This document shows, in pieces, positions 29,301 through 36,473 of a stretch of DNA of 64,000 nucleotides. Under the pieces are notes generated by a model that had not been told where the DNA came from, made no database searches, and saw only the letters and a list, made by a program, of their open reading frames with translations. The position numbers and the translations under genes were made by a program. Position 1 is the first letter of the stretch. Every line of letters begins with the position of its first letter. This DNA is from an uncultured Christensenellaceae bacterium (lineage in GTDB: Bacteria > Bacillota > Clostridia > Christensenellales > Borkfalkiaceae), in NCBI GenBank assembly GCA_910586825.1, contig CAJUJF010000010.1:5589-69588 (forward strand). Direction: 5' to 3'.

Positions 29301-32300
29301 TGAAATTATCGTTCGAAAGCGAAACGGCGGAGAAAGCGTATGTGTTTGCGTTAAGAGGATAATTTTCCGCCGTATAGTTGAGTACGATCCCGACGGTCTC
29401 CTCCGCACCGCCCGCCGTCTTGGAGGGCGCGTTCGTAACGGAAGCGATCAGACCGTGCCTGATTCCGTCGTAAGTCACCTTCCAAACGGAACCTTCTGAT
29501 TTAACGGACGCATCTCCCGCACTCCATTCGTATTCGATCGCAAGACGCCCTACTTCGAACGTTCCCTCTTTGACCAGCGTTTCCAGCTGACTGCCCATGG
29601 GATCGTCTTGGTCGAATTCCAAACGGACGCTGAATTTATAGCTGCCCGCGTTCCAGGGAAGGAAGTTTACGAGATCGGGATAATCGCTTGCATCCGCCGC
29701 GACGTAATTTTCGCCTTCCTGCTTCACGAGCGAATACGCACCGTCCTGACCGATCTGTACGATGCCGACGATACGGCCTTCCGAATCGGTGAACGTGATC
29801 GTCTGCGTATATTTTACGTTATGATACGCGCCGCCTTCCGGGAGCAACACGCCGTCCGTATCCGTCATCGTCAGCTTGTCGCGCAACACGATCGTCGTGT
29901 GCGCGCCCGCCGCGAAATAGCCGTTGTCGCCGAACGTGTATCCGCCGACCGCGTACTCGATCCGCAGGATCTTGTTCGTGATCGCATAGTTGAGGTAGAT
30001 GCTGACGTTGCCGGTTTCGTATTCGTACTTGGCGTACTCTTTCACGAGACCGCGGTTTTCCGTGTCCGCCGTGTTCTCGACCCATACGTAGTTGAGCGCG
30101 GCATCCGCATTTTTAATTTTCAAACGTACGTAATAGCAACCGAGCGAACTGGGTTTGTCTGCCATTTCCGCGTAAACGAACGGGCTTGCCGCACCGGTTA
30201 CACTGCCGTAAGTGATTTCGAAATCAGAAGAACTCCAAGCCGAGGTCGGGAAACGCAAAGACGGCGTCAATGCGTTTCCGGAGTTGAATTCCATGGTGCG
30301 GTGGGTGACGAACTTGCCGCCGACCTCTTCGCCCAGCATGGGCGCGATAATTTCCTGACGGTTGACGGTGATTTCCGCCGATTCGAATACGTTCGTATTG
30401 CCCGCGTTCGCCCAACAGAAATTGGAATCGTTAATCGTAAACGTTACGGTATATACGCCCGCATTGCGAACGGTCAGCGTCGCCGTATCCAGACTGAAAC
30501 TGCCCTGATCGTCCATCGTGAAATTCTTCCCGTCGAACCGGTACGCGCCTGCGACGCTCGCCGATAACACAGCGGACCAATTCCAGGTATAGCCGGACGC
30601 CATTTCGGGCTTGTTCATCGTAAACTGCTGCGTGATGTTCTCGCCCGTATACGCGGCGGAAGAAAGCCCGCCTTTCAGTTCGGGAAGCGCGATCTGCCGT
30701 TGCGAGATCGTCACTTCCTGATCGATCCCGCTCGCAAGCGAGTAGTTGAACGCGCGGTCGCCCGAGAGTTTGATCGCCGTTGCCGTATACGAGCCGACGT
30801 TCGTCGCGTTGCTCGTTCCGTTCGTGATTCTGATCCCGTCGGCGTCGAATTTTACCGTTGCCGCGGTATCGTTTTTATGCAACAGGCTTTCCGCCTTGAC
30901 CGCGGGCGAGGGAAGTTGTTGCGCGCCGTTATAAATAAACGACACCGTACCCCACTCGATCCCGTCCGCGCCGATTTCTTTTTGCGTGATTTCGAAATCG
31001 TAGGCGAAGCCCGCTCTTTCCGTGCCGTTTACGGACATGCTTGCCTGATATCCGGAAGCCGCTTTCGCCGCGGCGCTCCATTCGAAGTTCGCCGCGGGAT
31101 AGACGTAAACGGTATAGACGCTCACGTCCGTCATGCCTACGGACACGCCCTTGGAATCGGAAGCGCCCGCCGTAAAGATCAAGCCCGCCTGCTCGGTTTC
31201 CGTCTTGCGCACGATATAGATTTCGAGACGGAAGCCGTTCTCGCCGAATTTATAGTCGTTCCAGTTGAAATAATCCGCGCCGAACGTGTACGGCGTACCC
31301 GTGTATTCTTCCGAAAGATCCGCCGCCGTTCTCTGCGGCGCGTCAAGCGCGCTCGGCATGATCGCGAACTGCACTTTCAGACCGCCGTCCGGCAATTTGA
31401 AGTTCAACGCGCGGGAATAGCCGCCGTCCGCCGCGGCGTTCCAGGCGAGCAGTTCGACCCAATAGGTCCCCGCCGCCGTAATGCTGCCCGTAAGCACGCC
31501 CGTGCCGTTTTCGGCATAGTATTTCACCTGTCCCGCCGCCGCAAAGGTAAGCGCGTCGTCCGTGAAATATTTCGAAGCGTCTGGAACAGGCTTATGATCC
31601 GCGCCGTCGAACAGGAACCCGAGCGTCCATTCGAACGTCGTGCCGTCGGAAGCGGAAGTCGGCGGGGTTTTCACCTCGTGCGCCGACATCTCCTTCTGTC
31701 CCACTGCGTACTCGAACGTCACCTGTTCCGAATCGTCGTCCGTATAAGAATCCCACCGATAATTGGCGTTCAGCGTGACGGCGACCGTATATCTTCCCGC
31801 ATGGAGGAAGGAGAATTTGCCGTTTGCATGATCTGCCGCCGTACCGACGGGAAGCGCCGTAGAAGCGCCGTCCGGAATCTCGGCGGTGAGCGGCATCTCA
31901 GCCGTACCGATCACGCCGTCCGCGCCGAACTGAACGCCCGTAACCGCCCAAGTGAGAATGTACTTTCCGCCGTCCGCGGAATGATCTTTCCCCGCGTTCC
32001 AATTCGTCACGGAAATCTCGTACGCCGAACCGTTGTAGATGTCGGAACCGCTCTGCGTGAAAGAAACCTGCGCGATCGATTTTTTGGAAACGGTAAATTC
32101 CGCGTGCGCCGCGGGAAGATTGAAATCCCCGTCGCGGTAATCCTCTATCGCGGATTCAGTTACGTAATATACGACGTAATCCCCCGCGTCCCACGTTCCG
32201 AAATCGGCGGGATCGTATTCCGTCGCGCCTGCGTTCGGAACCCCCGTCGTTGTATTGAACTCGCTCTTGGCATAATATTTGGGATAACCGGAAACGATCT

Positions 32301-35300
32301 GCGCAAAGAAGAGACTGCCCGCCGAGCTTTCCCAATTCGACGAACCCGTATCCGAACAATACTTCACGTCGGCGGTCCCGATCGCGCTCAGCCCGTTTCC
32401 GGAACTGTCTTCGCCGCCGTATACGAAGTTCAATTTCCACGCGCTGTCGATTTTAAGTCCGAGCGAACGCGCGCCGATTTTGAAGCTCTTCTGCACGTTC
32501 CCGTCGGCATCGACGGTTTCGCTGTCCGCCCACTCGTAATTGTTCTTCGCCGCCGCTTTGATTTCCAGCTTCACGCTGTACGTGCCGGCGTGGAGAACCG
32601 TACCGTCCGTTTCGACGACCCCGACCGGAGTCGAAGCGGAATCGACCGCAAGACTGCCCGACACGATCCCGACGACGTCGTCTTTCTCATCGTATTGCGT
32701 GACGATGCCGTTCGCCGTTATGAAATCGGACGGATCGTGCTTTTGATTGTCGAACGTAATATCCTGCAACAGACGGTCGGATTGCAACTTCGCGGGATTT
32801 ACGGTCACGACGGGCGCGCGGAGAAGCGTCTCCGTCGGCGAATCGCTGAAACGGTACGCGTCGGTATCGGTCGCCGAAACGTATACGACGTATTTGCCCG
32901 CGTTAAGATGCTGACCCGCCTGAGAGAGATCGATCACGTTAAGCGTTTCCGTGTCAATATAGTACAGCTTAAATTCGGTGTATACCGTCCATGCGGGAAT
33001 CGACGCGTCGTCGGAGGGCTTTTCCGAGAGCGGTCTCAGCGTATAAGTCGCGTCGCCGAATTCCGTCACGCCCGTCACTTCGGGAGTTTTGGGATTTTCG
33101 CCGTACGTCCAGACCTTGTCTGCGGACGCGTACGAAACGCGGAGATTGAGCGCGAGTTTATCGATCTGAACGGTGTACGTCAGGCTGAGCGATTCGCGTT
33201 CCGCGCCCGAACTGCCCGCGTCGGCAAACTCCACTTCGTCCTTATGCCGTTCGTCGATCGCGATCCTCACGCGGTAAATCCCCGCTTTCCGGAACGAAAG
33301 CGTGAACTTGTGCGCCGCCTTTTCTCTTTCCACTGCGTAGTCTTCCGCGGGGACTTCGTTCCCGTTCTGATGCAAGAGCGTAACGCTCATCGCGTCAAAA
33401 ATATCGTCGGGCAGATCTTTGGCAAAGGTGATCGTCTTACTGGCGTCGGAAGAAAAATTGATCGTGTCCGTGTTGAACGCGGGCAAAGGCACTTCGTACT
33501 TGCTTACGGGAATGTAAATACGGGCGTAATCGTTTTCGTCCGTCGTAAACTCTACCCAATCGGTCGCGTGAGTGTCGTCGTATATGAATTTGAACCTTAC
33601 CGACCCCACTTTCGTCGTCGCATTGTTGTAAAACGCCTTTACGTTCAACGGCGCTCCGGAACAGTCGGTGGAGGTAAAATATTCGATTTCAAAATGGGAC
33701 ATATCCTCCGTAATGAAATCGGAAAGATATGCGTTTCGCGCTTGCCCCGAACCGTATTTCAAAGATACCGTCATCTGTCCGAAATCGAACGGAGAAAGAT
33801 ACTTCTGCACCGGTCCGCTGTCGCCCGTGGCGATATCTCCGACGGTGGTGACGTTTCTGTAATTAATTTTGAATTGCGCCGTACCTTTGACCGTCGGATC
33901 GGCATTGTAAATGAGCGTAACGTTTTTGAGATAGGTATCGCCCGGCATGTGATTGAGATCCGCCGCCGTGGGCGTGAGCGTCCCTTCCAGCGAATAACCG
34001 GTTGCGAGCGGGTTCCAGGCGCCCGAATTGTCGCGCGTTTCCACTTTGCCGTTGAGAAGGTTCTGGACGGCGGGAGTCGTTACGGCTACGTTCGGTTCCA
34101 AAGCCGTGGTCTGGCTTTCGGCAACCCCGAGCGCGCGGATCCCGATCACTTTCGTCGCCTCGAACGGAATCGTAATCGAAGCGGGAACGGATGTGCCGTA
34201 CTGGACGCGGCTCACCTGTACGCCGATCGTGTTGTCCCCTTCCGTAAACGTCTGCGCGTTGCCGAGGGTGACGAATTCGCCCGAAGCCGCCGTCGCGGTC
34301 GTGTTTTGCAAATCGATCCCCGTAAAGTCGACCGTCTTGGCGGAATGCGCGTAATAGACCGAAAGCACGATCGCATTCTGCATGACGTAAGTACGGTTCA
34401 TCGAATCGATAAACGCCGAGAATTTGACGGGGTTTCCGTTTTCGTCGTTTTCGCCTTCGATCGTCTTGGTATAGCGCGCGCCGATTTTTTCATAGGAGGG
34501 GTTTACCTGAAAATCGGCGGCAAGCAACGGCGCCTGCGACACGGAAATGATTTGCGTGGTCGCAGAAACGGAAGCGTCAGCCGCCAGCGATACCGTAACG
34601 GTCACGGGGAAAGAAGAAGCGTCGCTCAGTTCGCCGCTCAACGAGACGTTGTAGAGTTCGCGGTTGGCGATCAGCTCGTACACACTGCCGTCCGTCGTGC
34701 CGTAGACCTTTAAAACGGAGCCGTCCAGCTTTAAGGACTCCGCCGTATAATCGTCGGTCACGCCCGAAAGCACGGCGGTGTTCATCGACGCGTTGCCGAT
34801 CCTGAGACCGGTATAAACGGGTTTCTCGCCCGTTGCGATGGTCACGGAAACTTCGGCTCTTACCTCGCCCGAAATCACGACGAGCGTCGCGCTCTCTTCC
34901 GTAGAGCCTTCCGCAACGATCGGCTCGTTTTTCCCGATCGCCTGCATCGTATTTCCCGCTTTCAGCGAAAGCGTGAATTCTTCGGGCATCAGCGCGATCG
35001 CCTGACCCAATCCCGCGAAGGTACCCGTAACGGATAAGTTTTGTTTAAAGTCTTCCGCAGTCGTGACGCCGGGATAGACGACCGCACCCTGCACGACGGA
35101 AGCGCTCAAACCCGTGTACGCATGTTTCGGCGAAGCGCTGTCCTGTATGATCGTTGCGGGCGACGTGCTATCGGCGCCCGCATTGGAATTTCGCGCGAAA
35201 TTCGGCGCAAGGATCCCCAACGCAAGCGCTAAACATGCAAAAACGGCACAAGCCGCGATTGCGACTTTGCGCCAAAAGGATACGTTACGGTATGTATTCA

Positions 35301-35301
35301 T
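20371..35301 (-). CDS. Giant (4,976 aa) repeat-built cell-surface protein / putative fibrillar adhesin with a C-terminal membrane anchor
   Basis: Uninterrupted 14,931-nt ORF with GGAGGGG 8 nt upstream of the ATG. N-terminal signal peptide (WRKVAIAACAVFACLALALGILA...NSNAGA). The body consists of tandem beta-rich modules with recurring MBG-like signatures (AGTY/GSY-x-V-x-[VL] ... N-[YF]-x-[WIVT] ... [TI]-[IV]-x-[KR]). Examples are DNYDVVVATGEFTVTKKQISV, NYRWATVDGPTRVVSFTIEKGEISF and NFEWADSTTDAIEFDWSV. It ends in a C-terminal TM helix (IFVIVMSSLGVVAGISAIAIGIQYLV), an HRRRKR stop-transfer and a 95-aa acidic tail. There is no LPXTG. Confidence 0.9.
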   Translation of the reverse strand: MNTYRNVSFWRKVAIAACAVFACLALALGILAPNFARNSNAGADSTSPATIIQDSASPKHAYTGLSASVVQGAVVYPGVTTAEDFKQNLSVTGTFAGLGQAIALMPEEFTLSLKAGNTMQAIGKNEPIVAEGSTEESATLVVISGEVRAEVSVTIATGEKPVYTGLRIGNASMNTAVLSGVTDDYTAESLKLDGSVLKVYGTTDGSVYELIANRELYNVSLSGELSDASSFPVTVTVSLAADASVSATTQIISVSQAPLLAADFQVNPSYEKIGARYTKTIEGENDENGNPVKFSAFIDSMNRTYVMQNAIVLSVYYAHSAKTVDFTGIDLQNTTATAASGEFVTLGNAQTFTEGDNTIGVQVSRVQYGTSVPASITIPFEATKVIGIRALGVAESQTTALEPNVAVTTPAVQNLLNGKVETRDNSGAWNPLATGYSLEGTLTPTAADLNHMPGDTYLKNVTLIYNADPTVKGTAQFKINYRNVTTVGDIATGDSGPVQKYLSPFDFGQMTVSLKYGSGQARNAYLSDFITEDMSHFEIEYFTSTDCSGAPLNVKAFYNNATTKVGSVRFKFIYDDTHATDWVEFTTDENDYARIYIPVSKYEVPLPAFNTDTINFSSDASKTITFAKDLPDDIFDAMSVTLLHQNGNEVPAEDYAVEREKAAHKFTLSFRKAGIYRVRIAIDERHKDEVEFADAGSSGAERESLSLTYTVQIDKLALNLRVSYASADKVWTYGENPKTPEVTGVTEFGDATYTLRPLSEKPSDDASIPAWTVYTEFKLYYIDTETLNVIDLSQAGQHLNAGKYVVYVSATDTDAYRFSDSPTETLLRAPVVTVNPAKLQSDRLLQDITFDNQKHDPSDFITANGIVTQYDEKDDVVGIVSGSLAVDSASTPVGVVETDGTVLHAGTYSVKLEIKAAAKNNYEWADSETVDADGNVQKSFKIGARSLGLKIDSAWKLNFVYGGEDSSGNGLSAIGTADVKYCSDTGSSNWESSAGSLFFAQIVSGYPKYYAKSEFNTTTGVPNAGATEYDPADFGTWDAGDYVVYYVTESAIEDYRDGDFNLPAAHAEFTVSKKSIAQVSFTQSGSDIYNGSAYEISVTNWNAGKDHSADGGKYILTWAVTGVQFGADGVIGTAEMPLTAEIPDGASTALPVGTAADHANGKFSFLHAGRYTVAVTLNANYRWDSYTDDDSEQVTFEYAVGQKEMSAHEVKTPPTSASDGTTFEWTLGFLFDGADHKPVPDASKYFTDDALTFAAAGQVKYYAENGTGVLTGSITAAGTYWVELLAWNAAADGGYSRALNFKLPDGGLKVQFAIMPSALDAPQRTAADLSEEYTGTPYTFGADYFNWNDYKFGENGFRLEIYIVRKTETEQAGLIFTAGASDSKGVSVGMTDVSVYTVYVYPAANFEWSAAAKAASGYQASMSVNGTERAGFAYDFEITQKEIGADGIEWGTVSFIYNGAQQLPSPAVKAESLLHKNDTAATVKFDADGIRITNGTSNATNVGSYTATAIKLSGDRAFNYSLASGIDQEVTISQRQIALPELKGGLSSAAYTGENITQQFTMNKPEMASGYTWNWSAVLSASVAGAYRFDGKNFTMDDQGSFSLDTATLTVRNAGVYTVTFTINDSNFCWANAGNTNVFESAEITVNRQEIIAPMLGEEVGGKFVTHRTMEFNSGNALTPSLRFPTSAWSSSDFEITYGSVTGAASPFVYAEMADKPSSLGCYYVRLKIKNADAALNYVWVENTADTENRGLVKEYAKYEYETGNVSIYLNYAITNKILRIEYAVGGYTFGDNGYFAAGAHTTIVLRDKLTMTDTDGVLLPEGGAYHNVKYTQTITFTDSEGRIVGIVQIGQDGAYSLVKQEGENYVAADASDYPDLVNFLPWNAGSYKFSVRLEFDQDDPMGSQLETLVKEGTFEVGRLAIEYEWSAGDASVKSEGSVWKVTYDGIRHGLIASVTNAPSKTAGGAEETVGIVLNYTAENYPLNANTYAFSAVSLSNDNFTLTGSASVGATLEIEKRAIGVAVTTGVAGHVYGNAIDTSAARWNYVAGSLQLIAGDLTDGETGNDTAQKIVTYEVRKSGVVYGGTVNVGDYELVPVLTDFGKTNYELTVTEDHFGNFEVVPRKITVSITGDESQKSHEYREEKADLSNAYSVVWTNKGAGSDADWRVPQDTPNKIFTLSLFSDAENVTDSTWLAVKEGGYSVRLTKTANANYEITVSSAAVSDGDFAELGVYTVTPAALGDVNADGQTKPYRGSEGYPWLSEDDGGGMITVAATAWNAAENPVVWKYAKGSSDTPPAASSAWGNFPAKVADAMSETYYWVKATAPNHADSAPIRVRVEITKAQLTLTVNFTGDHALYYGEKNPATTVTISDGEPLPAGIYSVTGFVGNDEAKWLAYGTINGLSGSFGFTTSMAAGNRNPVGKGYTTAVSSDGFTLDSLNYTFTYQEGALHIRKLPVTVTIKSNSDVNYMSPDYVGKDVSILQNASHVAFEIGSAADGKVSALPDAQTDIAMLRTTAFTLTGDTIAATQGVGVYPLYAVVLSGNYDFTFAVDGAEYSGTVTDGTLTEGQTIGAPAGVIGITQAQNAFTSGFDFHNEKTGESLETVRDLYAWIYGVNGVNGVADGYDAEGDHRITKPATLLGGDRADAIVYTVFYYNGSAWEQLGESSSDIDALFKALLSGGSFNAGVYKVSYILEGTADYGETPEASRYFSIGKRDLYLWTGDSYAYYGEKPDLIASVKVYGLADGDGDGTPDGFNEVLAYSLSAAGYTDAGSPVADYTVSAVAGEPNDKYGNYTVHLNASYTAESSVQENVTGTLHVLPRPIVIRIESQTSRYDYNAASGTSIADGQPGGKQKLTFTAALGSELEYGALTGTPFYGVAAPYNGVYDNAARAVVELRTNAILNASANEIRTQNVGNYPIFALYQDEAAKKNYAITVETVYTGDPDTEAAVKDYFHKGDAAWNFSDIFVSGYHSELAATATVIGAPEGGVYPAGTYTIEKADLRMSSSDLSYRKADGTYQAYADGDTDAMYYDGRSKGYTAQPADEKYSVVINAQYRIAGSGAEDWTADPVNVGRYEYRFVVDNPDFTWNPGGASNPTINIAKRPLRASVQIDGADRVRAAAYNDNSFKYKGAGADNDYTLTYTFGNYVGSEAVNLAQAVSAQRRALNASESAAFGSLSLESTYGGTYAGYVFTLSAKNAGTYTVTLSLGADMENYVFEMGADLKDGAISFTFTILPDTFNVTAKDAWVQYGTPIGNASQQADAQAAALFQGFSLTQKTLDKIAAENAAFAGSFTNAPVFTAPQYDPAKSQAGASGLYVLPGGLWAYNYDVTYNAASGDANGRLTVNRREITVIVNGYDKDDTSTYAWARKIYTGLAQTVDYRAYADKFFAPQDPNSSRKWYGAAAGDASKNYADLFELTLDFGGTSAINAGDYVMTLHVGESNYRATFKNAAGDTIFAGEHGDSNTNMPSFRIEKAQLYVYAGSVGMNGDNKTVSVDREDAASLGKFREFNITYGNTVKLDDRRDSYFTVRYYGWQHDEGNEYEFLGNRNQMQGSLQFRTELVSGKGEENYAAWNSHAGSVYKVIPYGVTFSNYAINVMNADGTWSNETTFMPAEMTVVSRLVTAETEDRNYAESIVSESGVFDRFNYKGGASGRNHAAQIVFKDFGGNELYGINNAGVYYEGGSAVKGTDIKTDGYEVVANATAIAPKIASYSYAYREGTGDAIPNQGPTRVGKYTVTVTLNSESGNYDYKVVSVSDKTGSTPKTSETLNYAVLQRELSLNWTNYGTTEDGRSYYAWDEEKDRGKKVLELPSYIAAIMEPVVIQYRPDKDRAYDLVSVADIAALADGTYHESDNGLTIRVYGTGEYYLVVRLQDGARNNYTFGTDQVTMPSVRFSATAAKFLVLTYSGWQYTPKEVVHPAPEYRLQNVGDGTSSSVQFAYASVDPSKIPDGFANYGNLLTESDPVAAFGAGTFSAFVPRNAGTYMLRAYYPGTEEISSANAYLLFVVTQATVSRPKVESSDPTFTGERLSTRFTYNFTLFDVVYDGVSQTTTDGDGRNNGLIVYQTDRGDYTVTFRLNDTRNYMLVDLDETEGIDSVRYDLANNVATFVWSVAAASDHAVTRFDASVLEALVYGQDYAAPEAEATYGGEIVIEYFADGVWSTRKPVAAGNYKVRAVSPATNNYYAGTEGTRAVGEEFDFEIRRARITVTPSATAVYGTAFDPVGGSQQYALGFAGFVAGETESVLRYADGGVTYRLVETPEKLNAGSYALTLASTKHTFYGTEYDVVTGITADNYDVVVATGEFTVTKKQISVLIGSVNAVYGDPFSLASAQITVYPEGGIVAGDEIADLRIYESLALYDAPASNGSYGAGNYMMRIAADYSNGNYEVTFPVIGAYIVSPLQINVEFTGGGGEYGGAAIAPAYNAQSMVAANGAHAGKNLAEIENIIVPSFRFVYFGTSNDGEWSFTELLATDAAPTRAGNYVAKPIGSVSGNYTLTASNGVEYVISKKVIDAANSGITVKNATYTGGELRPELNANDYEALYEVTPVTYVNVGVWDVTLTLKDFNNYRWATVDGPTRVVSFTIEKGEISFVPTADGKDVSIEGWTYGNAPNAPSTQTQLTNQDSYTYYYSKTGEANADDWTTTVPSAAGIWFVRVEVRPTENYNGATSGAAEFVIEKARLSAPSLTVVAEGESKNDTYTGALLQTVVRGYDNTRTQIVYDYTEGYAATAEGVVLRALNAGAYTVKFRISDASNYRWDEGVALDESGDAVLVWNVARKKIEKPTANTSTFIVNGGMLRYMPVGFDETTMEIAGNEISYGGTFKVTVTLKDPFNFEWADSTTDAIEFDWSVVGWDTIFVIVMSSLGVVAGISAIAIGIQYLVHRRRKRVEAAAEAAAAKEFHETIQARAETNAKEAEAPVAQPSADQAVEPNESSAEQSGEGAEPSAEDVQSEAEPASEQPKKTARKKSAKKSGGEE

Positions 35302-35528
35302 ATAGTTATCCCCTCCCGCCTGCCGACGCGCTCGTTCCGCGAAAGCAAGCGTTTAAATCACCTATGGTAAAATATGCGCGAATCGGTTCGAAAAGGACTT
35401 CGCCGCACCGTTATCCGGAAAACCGTCTTCCGAGAAAAGATAAAAAATATGCCGAACGGTCTTTTCGGGACAGCCGACGACCTTCAAGCACATTTCAATA
35501 TTTTTATATATTGAACGTTTACGCTTAT

Positions 35529-35558
35529 ATAATAACATACGTGTCGCGTTTTTGTCTA
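35529..35558 (-). promoter_or_regulatory. Candidate promoter of the giant gene
   Basis: Minus strand reads TAGACA, an 18-nt spacer, then TATTAT preceded by TGT (extended -10). This would give a ~220-nt 5' UTR. The -35 is weak. Confidence 0.3.
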
Positions 35559-35578
35559 TACTTCTTGCATAAAAAAAA

Positions 35579-35623
35579 TTGATTTTTTCAGAAAATTATT
35601 AACAGAATTTCCGAAAAAATCAA
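35579..35623. promoter_or_regulatory. AT-rich 11-bp inverted repeat, either a weak terminator of the upstream gene or an operator
   Basis: TTGATTTTTTC (35579-35589) and GAAAAAATCAA (35613-35623) are perfectly complementary, 23 nt apart. On the minus strand a T8 run follows. Confidence 0.35.
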
Positions 35624-35697
35624 ATTTATCCAACAAATTATTCGACTTCCGCCGAACGCGGCCCGAGAAGCAAGCGCACTTTTTCGACACGAAGCGA

Positions 35698-36075
35698 TCA
35701 GATGATCACGTTTTCGAGCGCTTCGTCCTCCTGCGCTTTGCGCACGGCCTGCGCGTTCGCTTTCATCGTATCCATTTTTTCGAGCAATTTTTCGCGCTCT
35801 TGCTGCAAACGCTCGTCGTGCAGTTTGCGCGGCGCAAGCGGCGCGGGCGTCTCCGGTTCGGAAACGATCTCGCCCGATTTCATGCCGTCGAGCTGTTTGA
35901 TGAGCATTTCGCGCTCCTCCTGCAATTCGCCGGTGAGACGGCGTTCTACGTTCCGCTTCATGTAAATGATAAACAGCACGTTCATGACCGTAAGCGCAGC
36001 CAAAAGAACCGCAACGATAATCGATACGGCAAGCTGTGCGGGCGTGAAACTGACTGCAAGCATATTCGTGTTCAT
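35698..36075 (-). CDS. Small (125 aa) membrane-anchored coiled-coil protein, paralogous to the N-terminus of the 849-aa protein
   Basis: The ATG at 36075 (MNTNMLAVSFTPAQ) has GGAG 7 nt upstream. It has a TM helix (LAVSIIVAVLLAALTVMNVLFIIY), then KRNVERR, then two copies of an LQ[EQ]ERE-x-L heptad-like motif. Confidence 0.65.
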   Translation of the reverse strand: MNTNMLAVSFTPAQLAVSIIVAVLLAALTVMNVLFIIYMKRNVERRLTGELQEEREMLIKQLDGMKSGEIVSEPETPAPLAPRKLHDERLQQEREKLLEKMDTMKANAQAVRKAQEDEALENVII

Positions 36076-36199
36076 AACTCTTCTCCTTTGCACTTCTTCG
36101 GTGCGGAACGGATAACGCGAAAGACGTTAGGCGTTTTTTTGCGTACGAAACAATTCCGCGACGCCGTACGGCATCCCGGAAGCGGGTTTTTTAACGCGA

Positions 36200-36427
36200 T
36201 CAGTCGAGCTTTTCGAGTTCTTCGTTCAGCTGACGGAGATTCTTGCGTTCAAGTTCGATCAGCGTCGAAAAAATCTTGAAATATTCCACGTCCGATTCGT
36301 TGGGCGACGTGTTGTTCAGATACGCTTCGAGCAACGCGGACTGGGAGCGCATGCGCTTCTTTTCAAGGGTCTCGATTTCCTTTTCGCTCTCGCTGATTTC
36401 TCTTTTCAGATCGCTTTTCTTAGACAT
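36200..36427 (-). CDS. Small (75 aa) soluble coiled-coil protein, function unknown
   Basis: Strong RBS AAAGGAGAAAGG 4 nt upstream of the ATG. The sequence is charged and heptad-rich (SESEKEIETLEKK...ELERKNLRQLNEELEKLD). Confidence 0.6.
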   Translation of the reverse strand: MSKKSDLKREISESEKEIETLEKKRMRSQSALLEAYLNNTSPNESDVEYFKIFSTLIELERKNLRQLNEELEKLD

Positions 36428-36473
36428 AACCTTTCTCCTTTCGATTTGTTTTTATTAAAACGGATCGCCGTTT

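Noticed and set aside
20452-34713. Very long plus-strand ORFs inside the giant gene (20452-22821, 789 aa; 23548-28017, 1489 aa; 28240-29499; 29608-30567; 30700-34713, 1337 aa).
   Set aside because: They lie antisense to a clearly coding, motif-rich frame. Their products are Arg/Val/Gly-rich low-complexity strings with no motifs, RBS or sensible starts. Long open antisense frames are expected in GC-rich genes that use G/C-ending codons.
35302-35560. A c-di-GMP riboswitch (GEMM-I/II) in the leader of the giant gene.
   Set aside because: I found none of the conserved GEMM sequence blocks or the paired-hairpin architecture by eye. The question is left open pending a covariance-model search.
36094-36199. 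Possible terminator or hairpins between the 75-aa and 125-aa genes, and a weak hairpin (AAAACGG-CGAT-CCGTTTT) at 36440-36465 after Hpt.
   Set aside because: The stems are only 4-7 bp, and the U-runs are used up in pairing. This is not convincing enough to call operon boundaries.
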